Positions 54,501 through 64,000 of a DNA stretch of 64,000 bases are shown here, piece by piece. The stretch's first letter is position 1, and each line of letters begins with the position of its first letter. The notes beneath the pieces were generated by a model. The model saw only the letters and a program-made list of their open reading frames with translations. It ran no database searches and had not been told where the DNA came from. Made by a program: the position numbers and the translations under genes. Origin of the DNA: Halocafeteria seosinensis (lineage: Eukaryota); NCBI GenBank assembly GCA_001687465.1, contig LVLI01000250.1:1-64000 (forward strand), given 5' to 3'.

Positions 54501-55724
54501 CCAAGCTTCCAAATATTCGTTCGCGGTATGAAACGTGCCAACGGACTTCCCTTTAGTAATCCTCTCCCTTAGCTCACTATTGGCAACGAGTTGGCGAAAC
54601 GCGTTTTCCTCTCTTTCTATGTGCATTAATTCTTCAGAAAAGTCGGCCAGCATTGGGTTGTCGCTGTCCCTGGCCCATTCCTGAAAAGAGTCCGCATGCT
54701 CGGGGAAGAGACCGGAGAGAAAATCTGAATAAGTTTCCCCCATGGAAATACCTTTTCCATTCACGGGGAGGTTCCTGGTGCGAATGTCGGCAGTTTCAGC
54801 GACAGTAGAATTGCGGACAAGAATAGCGAGATTCTTGAGTAGCCATGGGTACTCTTGATGCAGCGAGGAGGACTGCAACATGTCTCTCCGGGCTTTCATG
54901 TTAATCGAGGGATCGAGGATATATCCGTTGTTTTGCAAAAAGCGGTACCATTTGGGGCTGTAACTCTTCTCAACCGTCTTATTTTGGTTTAATAATGCTC
55001 TCCAACGTAGTTCTCCCTTGGCAGGTTCCGACAAGACAATGATTCTCGGCCCCGCTTCGGCTATTGCCTGGATGACGTGGATTGCCGCATCAACCGGGAG
55101 AAGATGAAATAGCTCTACGGCAATGACAATGCTGGGATGGGCAATTGGGATTTTCAGATTTTGATCAGTATACTGAACTGTCATCGTCCGGGAGTAGAAT
55201 TGGTAGAGGTACCGCTCCATTGCTTGCTTTCTCTCCTCTGAAATTCCTGGGGGCCATGGGTGGGCAGTCTTTGCCGAATAGTCCTTCAACAGACTGTTGA
55301 TAATCTCAGGATCTGTAGCTACTTCCCGAGGTAAAGCTTTAGTGGGTAGCCATAAACCCGTGTGCGAGAATTTAGGGTCCCTCATGCTGTAGACTTGACA
55401 TCCGAGTCCCTGTAAGAGATTCAGCATTGCTCCATTTGCCGGTGCCATATCAATGACTGTGCCACATCTTTTGCTTAGAGCAAATGTCGAATTGAGTGCC
55501 TCTGTAAGTGCTGCGGCAGCGTCAAATGCAGAGCTGTAGGAGGGATTCCTGTCAATTGGAGGAGAACTCGGCTCTCGGTTCCCATCTTGCTGGTGAGGTT
55601 GTTGCCGCGGTGTGCTCTTAATGAGCGCCGGTGCCACCAAGCGGTTTTGTGTGCCAAGCAACAGGGTATTCAGGAAGATACCCATGCATGTTATGTGCCA
55701 TATACTGCGCTGGTAGCGGTACAT
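51523..55724 (-). CDS. HMW1C/NGT-like (GT41) glycosyltransferase, probably fused to an N-terminal signal anchor and a class I methyltransferase-like domain
   Basis: YFHVSY..., PKILVVSAQWFDTHSVFRNF, VYYTQVGM...ANLQLAPLQIVSYGHSSSTHG..LDYFI, WTKVKI, spliced DVGIDSTPFGACNSVQ and MLRRAGLEELV....EFV. N-terminal VIDMAPANGAML and IAVELFHLLP. The splice join near 54457-54200 is ambiguous. Confidence 0.72.
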
Positions 55725-56208
55725 AATGGCAAGAGGAATTCTGTGTCAGATGTTTTGTGGCCGTATGATGTGTGCCCAAACGTAACAAAATGTCCCTTTC
55801 TAACTGCACTATAAGTCTATCTCTATCATATACGTCGTCTAAAACACGAACGATCCGAGGCATGGGACTGAAAAACGTCGTCATCTGTACCATATATTTG
55901 CTACAAACGGATGCGTATGCAGCGCTATGAGCTGCCGAGCACCTTCACAAACGTCTTCGTAGCAGCGGGATCGCACGGAGCGTGGAAATTCCGAAGTTCC
56001 GAAGGAGTCGACTTGTTGGTCCAGTTCGTCTCAGGCGACCATACGTGCGCGGATGCATTCTGTTCCCGTTGCTACGTATGTAGCATCACGCAGGCATACA
56101 TATACGAGGGAGTAAGAGTTTTGTTTGGTGGAGAAACAGAGCAGCGCAAGTGAGCAGCGGGTGGTGACCAAGGTGACGTACACTCTTGCTTCTTGCTGCT
56201 GGAGGCAT
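55618..56208 (-). CDS. Possible 140-aa hypothetical protein (3 exons), or upstream exons of the glycosyltransferase gene
   Basis: Exons 56208-56182, 56071-55943 and 55884-55618 join in phase 0 through GT-AG introns. The 3' end overlaps the 55724 ORF in another frame. No family recognised. Confidence 0.35.
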
Positions 56209-56252
56209 TACCACCTGTATAGGCTCATCAGAGCATTGCTAAGACGCTTAGG

Positions 56253-57349
56253 ATGAGTGCCAATGTTGGGAGAGGGACTGTGGTGAACGGCGTTGACTAC
56301 GGCAAGTGCACACTATGCAAAATGATCCATTGCTGCCCGTGCCAACCGATGAAGGTAAGCGTGTACGCGGAAAATTCTTGCCATCTCGTACTACTTGCAG
56401 TTCGGATTATATGGAAACTTAATGTATCTTATTTTGCAGTATGAGATTGTGAATGAAGCCATCCCTGACCAGATGACGTTCATTGTGAAACCAGATTCGT
56501 TTTGTTTTGGGATTCCGTGTTACGTGGGCATGAGAAGTATCGATATTCATCGTATGTACTAACACATACGTCCCTGACTTTTGGCTTAAATCACTGTCAA
56601 AGAGTGTCTGAGTTGTATCGAAACAGGGATTTCGAAGAATGGCAACGTTTCCATAGAGAAATGTGCAATCTTCCATAATGCTCGAGTGACTCTTTCAGAC
56701 GTCATCCGGATGGGATATTCTGGAAGTATAGGTTCTGTAAGTGCAGGCAGTAAAACGAAGGCCCTATAGAGCATTGATATAAATGATGCCTTCATGATTG
56801 CAGCAAATTTTGCAATACGATGCCGTGAATTGTTTTCCGGAGATTCGTTCAACTCCAATCGAGCAGCTGCCAAATGATCTGCTATACGATACTAAGGAGA
56901 GCATTAAGCAAGCAGTGAATGACTTTTTGCAGGACAAGAGAGTATCGATGGGTCGTAAGTCTTTATTGTTGGAAATTGTGTATATGTGCAGGTGTAATGT
57001 TGCAAACGAAACATACTTCGCAGGAGAAGACAAGGCGAACAGAGGTTGGACGAATATCTTCACATCCGAAGATGTGGACACGGAAAACCAAAATCAAGAT
57101 GACGAGAACAGACCAATGGTGCAGCAGGTGTCTCCCAACAGCGCGTACGGTCAATCTTACCCTCACAGCAACCTGCCGATGGTGCATCAGAGTTCTCCCA
57201 CACCGGTGATGCATCAGATGCCTCCGCACATTCAGACACTTTCTCATAGCAACCCAGTTCACTCCGATAATGTAGATAATTGCTCTAGAGCTCTTCATAC
57301 AGGAGCATTCGGGGTTGATGATGGGCTCGATGATCGCCTCTTCGTATAG
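56253..57349 (+). CDS. Hypothetical protein, Cys-rich N-terminus and P/Q/H-rich C-terminus
   Basis: Five exons join in frame through canonical GT-AG introns (MSANVG...CCPCQPMK / YEIVNE... / ISKNG... / QILQYD... / EDKANRG...). No known motif. Confidence 0.65.
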
Positions 57350-57575
57350 GAACACTGGGGTTCGATGATCGTTATGCACCTGAAATTCCCAATGGGTTTA
57401 AGTTGAAAGCATCAGCATTTTCGCAAAGAGAATAGAATTATGAGCCGCAGGCGACGGTGTTAACTTGACTACATACTTTGAAATGTGCCCATGAAGCGAG
57501 TCTAGCCCCTCGGAAGGAATCCAAAATTCAACGTTGCCAAGTAGAGCGTTTACACTGTAGGTTGTAACCAGTTAT

Positions 57576-59052
57576 CTAGTTTCCATCAGATGACCGCAAA
57601 TTAGCCAGCGCTCTATCTAGCCTCTGGCAGAATGTATCTATCTCTTCTATTGTTAAACCTAGAGCACATGCACAAGTAATGTAGTTGTTAGGATATGAGC
57701 CACTATTGCAGCCCCAATTCTCGAACGTGACACTACCGATTTCTTTGGAAGATCCTTGGGCAATCACACGAGCGCCAGAGATTCCGCGATGGAACAATTT
57801 ACTCCCGAACTCTGTACAAGCATTGGAATCTGTGTACGCGCTCAAAGTGAACGCCATAGATATCGGGTTATCCGGGCTTGAGAGAACTCTTTCTCCGTGT
57901 TTCTCTGCAATTGTCTGTAGCTGATCCTTGAGATAGCGAAACCTCTCTTTTCTCGATTCCCTAAGCTGTTTCCATCCTTCCTTCCCCAAAGAAAGGAGTG
58001 TAATAAACAAGTCGACTATAGGTGAAGAGCTGGCACGACCCGGATATACTTTACTGACACTATCTATCATTGACTTGTCCGGAGACGCCACAACAGCTCC
58101 CCCTACTGGGACACAGAAATTTTTATCCGTAGACTGCACAACAGCATCCACTCTGCCTATTCGTATAGCCTCATTCACGTTATGTGTTAGTTTGCTCGAC
58201 TGCACTCCGTATGCGTTGTTAATGACGTGCGGGACATCGTACTGCCGACATAGCTTCGCTACCTCGTCCACTTTATCACATCCCCGCGGCGCAAAACAGC
58301 TCGTCGTTGTCACTACGCATAGGATATCATTGACAGAGTATTTTCCAAATATCCTCTCTATAGAGTCAACATCCGTAGTTAACTGATCGCTCGTATCTCT
58401 TATCGTATCTATAACTATTGGGTGCATTCCAGCCGTAAATATTGCTTTGACACAGGCTTTCTGGTCCACTCTCGACCATATCACATACCTGATCAATATA
58501 GTGCAGTGCAAAGCACAACTATCATATTTTCCTTTCTGGTAATTTGTATCTGCCTTGGACTTACTTTGCTTCGGGGCGAATACCCGCTATTGCCCTCATG
58601 GTTAAGGTCATTGTCATGCCTGTCGCGACGGGGAGGACTAATGCAGATTTCAGTCTCTGCAGTCCAGCTTCTCGAAGTGCTTGGAGTGCGAGTACATTTG
58701 TCAGCTGGTAAATCAGTGAGGAGCCCGCTGCTTTGGGTTGAACAGCACCAATATCTCCCGATCTCCCCACCCCATGCGCTAATCCAAAGTGTCGCCGACG
58801 TACCAGAGGTGATATAATGCGGCCCTCGCGTTCCCCCACTCCCACGTTCGTTTCAAAATTGTTGCTGTCCATGATGGCGAGTTCCTGCAGAACGTACTCT
58901 ATGGTGGAATCGCTCCATCCTGTCTCAGGGAGATTACGGTGCGTCAATAATGTGCGTACAGCATTTTGACGCTGTCGCAGAGATTGCAGACCTTGCCCCA
59001 GGTAGCTCTTTGGGACAAAATTCTCGGCTAACGCCAGATTTTCTTCGTTCAT
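57576..59052 (-). CDS. SEPSECS: O-phosphoseryl-tRNA(Sec) selenium transferase
   Basis: MDSNNF...GVGEREGR, HGVGRSGD..AVQPKAAGSS, P.ATGM, WSRVDQKAC, TTSCFAPR, NNAYG, PLP-lysine motif QSTDKNF.VPVGG and YPGRAS. One intron at about 58488-58563. Confidence 0.98.
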
Positions 59053-59246
59053 TTTATTTATTCATTTGAAAAAAAAAAAACCTACCTATCAATGTACCAG
59101 GGGATACAATACAATACTTCGATGGGAGAGAAGCTCAATGAATGCCTGCATTTGTGAAGTTCATTAGATGGTCTATTTAAGATGTATTGAGTGGCATCTT
59201 GCTCACACCACGGGGACTACCAGTGGAGGATAGAGGATTTTATAAA

Positions 59247-61367
59247 ATGCACAGGTTAGTGCGCACACATTGCACCTATGGACGCCGTGCAATGGCTGCA
59301 CATTGTCTTAGAGCACCAACTTCAACGAGGAAGTGTGGTTTTGGCATTCATACACACTATTCACGGCCGTACAGTGGGAGTTTATCGTCGATAGGACAAC
59401 GGGAGCACAGAGCGCAGCAGATGCCAACTCGGCCGTTTAGTTCGAAACAGGAAAGAAGTGCTGAAACCATTTACGCTCTGTCGTCTGGAGTCGGAAAAGC
59501 TGCAATTTCAATCATCCGTATAAGTGGTGAAGCTACAGTATCTGTTTTGGAGTCGATGTTGCCGCTAGACTACGTACGGACACCCGGGACAAATTCTCAA
59601 AGAAAAAGACAGATAGAACCGCGTAAAGCGCATTTGCGGAAATTGAAGACACCAGAGGGGGAAGTTATTGATTCGGCAGTGGTTTTATGGTTTCCAGGAC
59701 CTAACAGTTTTACAGGCGAAGACATGGCCGAATTCCATATTCATGGCTCCCGCGCGGTTGTTAACGCAATTTTTCGGCAACTGGGATCACTCAGTGTAAG
59801 CCAAGCTTATGGCTCCAACCGCTGGTTGCTTGTGTTCATATTATTGAGACAAATGTTGCAGAGTTGTATTCGTCCAGCTGACGCCGGTGAGTTTTCAAGA
59901 CGGTAAGCGCCACCAGAGTCACAAGAATATAATGCATTGGTTGTCTGGACTGCTCCTTAATATACCCCTGTTGTTGCTGTTACAGGGCCTTCATGAACGA
60001 TAAAATGGACTTGACGTCCATAGAGGGATTGACTGACTTGATCAACAGTGACACTGAACATCAGAGAAAATTAGCTCTCCGTCAGATGGGAGGAGATCTG
60101 GCCCGATTGTACGATGGATGGAGGAAAGAGTTACTGCAAGCTTTAGCTCACATCGAGGCATTCCTCGATTTTGGGGATGATGAAGAGGATATTGGAGATG
60201 ATGTCTATAGTGGCGTCGGTCAAAAGTACGTCAGTTTTTACTGTGTTTGCCCGCAGCATGTTTGTTCGGAGAAACGTACAAGAATATGTACAGGATTCAA
60301 TCGTTGATAAGAAAACTAGAGGATCACTGTGATGATAATCATAAAGGGGAGATCATTCGCGAAGGAATAAAGTACGTATGAATATCAGGCGTCATAGTAT
60401 ACGTTGGTGCTATTACATGTGAATCTCCTTTTCTAAACGTTTAGTGTGGGGATTTGTGGAGAACCGAATGTCGGGAAGAGCAGTCTGCTCAACTTATTGG
60501 CGAAGCGACAGGTATGGAGGCTATGTAACTGGATGTCGCCACGTTCGGTATTCACTGCTATGCGTTTTGGCCGTCCCAGGCGGCAATCGTTACTGAGACA
60601 CCTGGCACAACCAGAGACATTATTGAAGTGAGTACTCGCGTCGGTACCTGGAATGGCATTTTGACGCAACGTTCAGGTTCTGCCTATTGACAGATTTCAA
60701 TAGAAATGGACGGGTATCCAGTCAAGATCTTTGACACCGCTGGAATACGTGATACTTCCGACCAAGTGGAGGCGATAGGGGTGGAGCTAGCCCGCGAACG
60801 GTTGGAAAACTGTCAGATTCGCATTGTGGTTTTTAACGTGGAAGAGGTTGTTCGAGACAGGCACCTACTTAAGAAAATGGAGAAATATTTCGACGAGAGC
60901 GCAATTATAGTGCTAAATAAAGTTGACTTGCTCGCCTCCTCGACAGAACTAGTTGATATCGAAACCCAACTGCAGCAATTCAATCCCCTCGCGATATGTC
61001 GGACATGTTGCAGTGAAACATCCCCGTCTATTCAGTCACTTATATCGCAAGTTTCTCATGCGATTCAGATTAGGTAAGTCACTACCGTTTTTCCGAGTCG
61101 TAATGGGAGACTGAACAAAGCATTTGACACAGGTGGAATGCTTCGGCTTCACTTGAAGAGTCTCCTTTAATCACGAGAACCAGACATAGGCGCCACTTGG
61201 ATGAGTGTCTTGCGTACCTGCGAAATTCCATATATATGGCACACCAACCGGATTTGGCAGCCGAGGAACTCCGTCTTGCGACGAGATCTCTCGGTAAAAT
61301 AACTGGAGTGGTAGATATAGAAGAGATCCTCGATACTATCTTTGCCGATTTCTGCATCGGAAAGTAG
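59247..61367 (+). CDS. GTPBP3: Mitochondrial tRNA modification GTPase MnmE/MSS1/GTPBP3
   Basis: Arg/Ser-rich presequence, TIYALSSG...IRISG, FPGPNSFTGED.AEFH.HG, GEFSRRAF.N.K.DL, GEPNVGKSSLLN, PGTTRD, DTAGIR, NKVD and C-terminal FCIGK. Confidence 0.97.
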
Positions 61368-61377
61368 ACAGCTTTGG

Positions 61378-64000
61378 TCAAGTAAAATCCGCTTCGTTAT
61401 TTAAGCACTTCTCAAGGTCTGTTCGCGAGAAGGGCTTAGCCAGGCATGCATCAAAACCAACGGTTTTATACAAACTGATATCTTCCGATGTAGCATTGGC
61501 TGTCATGGCAATGATTTTTATCTTGTCACCATGTTCGCGCCGTAGCTCTTGACAGATATCTACCCCGTTCGTACGCTTCATCACTATATCCAGTAATATC
61601 ACGTCGTACGGTTCGTTGTTCTCTGATGCGGATTGCAATGCTTGCGCTACTTCATCACCATCTAGCACACTGCCGAATGAGATTCCTAACTTCTTCAACA
61701 TACGCCGAACAAGCCTTACATTGATCTTTTCGTCATCACATATAAGCACGTTAATGTTGCCCCTCCCGCTATTAGAAGGGTTACTACTTCGACTCATTGT
61801 TGGTGGTCCTTCGGAAGACCTTGTTGCCGAGTTCGAGCTTCCCTCACTCTCATTGATTCCTGTCTCTTCAGGTTCGGATTCCTCCTCGGTTTTTACTGCA
61901 CTTAGCAATTCATTGAAATCATAGTCCATATCATGTTTACGGGCGGCGGCTATTTCTTGTGCTGAGACAAACAATGGGAGGGTAACCGCAGCCACCTCAG
62001 AGTCCGACAAGGTAAATTGTAGACTTCCTCCCATTCGTTGTGCCAAGTTCTGACACGAAGGTAGGTTCATGGAGAAATCTAAATAAGTACTTGCGTTTGA
62101 AAGGAAATTACTACGGATCACATCTTCTTTCATTTCTCCCTCCAAGGCCCGTTCCTTTTCCAAGATTTCCAGTGGCCCCCGTCTCCCGTATGTGGCCAGC
62201 GATGTTTCTTCTTCTGTAACATCGCTGCCGCCAGTAGAGTTGTTTCTGCCCGGGGACAGCGGCTGCGTCGAGTGCCCACAGATCGCATGGGGTTGCGGAT
62301 CTGCTGGAAGATTGAATCCAGCAGTTTCAAAAAGATGTGCAATAGTCATGCCCGAATTATTCAACCTCAATGGTCGCGGAACTAATGTGGGAGAAACTGG
62401 AGTGTGCATAGTCTGATACAAATGGCGAGCTCCAACTTCCCTGAAAACTTTATAAGTCATAATATCCGCTACGAATTGGTTCCTTGTTTGGCTGTCTTTG
62501 CTCTTGAGGGTTCGGTAGCCTTCAACAAGGTGTCCCAAACTCCCACCAACGACATCGATCTGAACGTCGTCCGGCTTACTGTGATATTCTTCCACTTCCT
62601 CTGGAACATCCTCAGAGAGATCCTCAGACCCCGAGGACCCAAGCCGTTGGAAGAATCGGCAAGGATCATCTCCGAGCAACGATCTTAAATAGCTTCGCGG
62701 AAAAACCATAAAGCTAATATAAGGAAGTGTAGAGATCACACTGCTTCCAAGATGTTCCCTAGAAGCGCTTATATCAACGTCCTGCCATTTCAGACGAGAC
62801 GGACACACAATCGGTGTAATACGCACTACCGGAGATGGCTCCTTGGTATTCTTGCCTTCTTTCCCAGATTCTACGACGCATATCTGTTTACATACAAAGA
62901 TGCACATATCCAGAAGGCGTCGCTTGCCCGTGGAACCGGATGATGAGAGTTCCTGTTGGCGTACAACACGGGCAATGTTAGCGGTGACATCAGTAAGTAG
63001 CTGCCGCATCCGCAAGCCGTCAGCGAAAAAGGAAACATCAGTGCACTGTCCGTCAAAGAACAGATCTGTATGTACTTCGTGAATGGTAGACAAGCGATGC
63101 TGTACGTCCCTTAATAGTGACGATGCGTCTACCCTCTCAGGAATGAGTTTCAAGTTTCCTGACTGTAACTTTTCTCTTGAAAGTTGCATATCTTTAAGCA
63201 CGCGTTGCATTTGAGAGACTTTCTCGCGAGCAACGTGAAGATCGTATGCGGAGCCAGACTCGGCTATCGTGTGAAGGACTTCAGCAACCACAAACAGGGG
63301 ATTCGCGAGCTCATGAAGAGCGTAACTCAGAATTCGGGAATGGGTTTCTCTCGCAGCGCTTTCGACCAACTCTCGTTCCTTTGACCGCTTCTCTTGCTCC
63401 GTCTGCTTCTCCTGAAGCTTTCTGTTGCGATGGTACAGCCATCCTTGCCAAGAAATAAAGAGAACGAAGACAATCACGCTTGGAGTAACTACAATGGGAA
63501 TGAGATTCACATCACACGTCGAGCCTATCCAGCCACTTCGACAGGAACAAGAGCCATCACTCTGGCAATCGCCGTGTTTGCATTTACCTTTCCTCGCACA
63601 TTTTCTTTCCTTCCAGCTCGGAACAGACTGCATTTTCACGATGGCACAAAGTTCACGTAGCCAGGGTACACTGTGGCAATTCATCATACATACCAGTATT
63701 ACTCTCCGCGAAGACAGGTAATCTGGAGACACAATGTGATATTCGTCATTTTTGTCATATTGAACAAACATGTGCCTCCCGCCTCTATTTTGATGGTCAT
63801 CCGTGAAGTCCATCGGCCCAGAAACAGTGGGGAACATATTGTTTCGTAACGCATGTCGTATCTGCAGTCGCGTAAAATTCTAATTCAAGCAAATGGAACC
63901 TAAGCGACACCAAAAACTGAACTGAACTTACTTCATCTGCAGACCGACATCCACAAGTTTGCATTGACCAGTACAGTACTTCGATACCTGAAAAGTGTAA
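61378..64000 (-). CDS. Membrane hybrid histidine kinase-like receptor (5'-truncated): PBP/Venus-flytrap-like end, EGF-like domain, TM helix, HisKA, degenerate HATPase and receiver
   Basis: EGF-like C..C...C...CSC..GW.G..C at 63600-63514, followed by a hydrophobic helix. H-box LSYALHELANPL. Receiver VLICDD...DVILLDIVM...IIAMTANA...AKPF. Probable in-frame 66-nt intron at 63628-63693. Confidence 0.85.

Overview
Compact, intron-rich eukaryotic nuclear DNA. Introns are mostly 50-110 nt GT-AG, and some convergent genes are only 4-10 bp apart. It is probably from a flagellated, selenoprotein-using protist; a SAR/stramenopile-like lineage is an inference. I assembled about 20 protein-coding loci by hand across splice sites: a MAP2K, a PH-filamin protein, ubiquitin-RPS27A, an Nse1-like protein, a degenerate myosin with IQ and RCC1 tail, a kinesin-7-like motor, CYB5D1, a tandem pair of TauD-like dioxygenases, UTP18, a canonical myosin, a MINDY-family deubiquitinase, PIP5K, a coiled-coil protein, an HMW1C/NGT-like glycosyltransferase, SEPSECS, MnmE/GTPBP3, a 5'-truncated hybrid histidine-kinase receptor and two hypothetical genes. 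Most interesting: (1) an intron-containing bacterial-type HMW1C/NGT (GT41) N-glycosyltransferase, apparently fused to a signal anchor and a methyltransferase-like domain; (2) a Venus-flytrap-like/EGF/TM hybrid histidine kinase with a degenerate ATP-binding domain; (3) a probable pseudo-myosin with RCC1 repeats; (4) strongly base-paired RNA candidates in two long introns and one intergenic pseudoknot; (5) a RING-less Nse1-like protein. A decayed RLE-type non-LTR retrotransposon fragment sits at the left edge. All family calls are motif recognition from memory; no database search or folding program was run.
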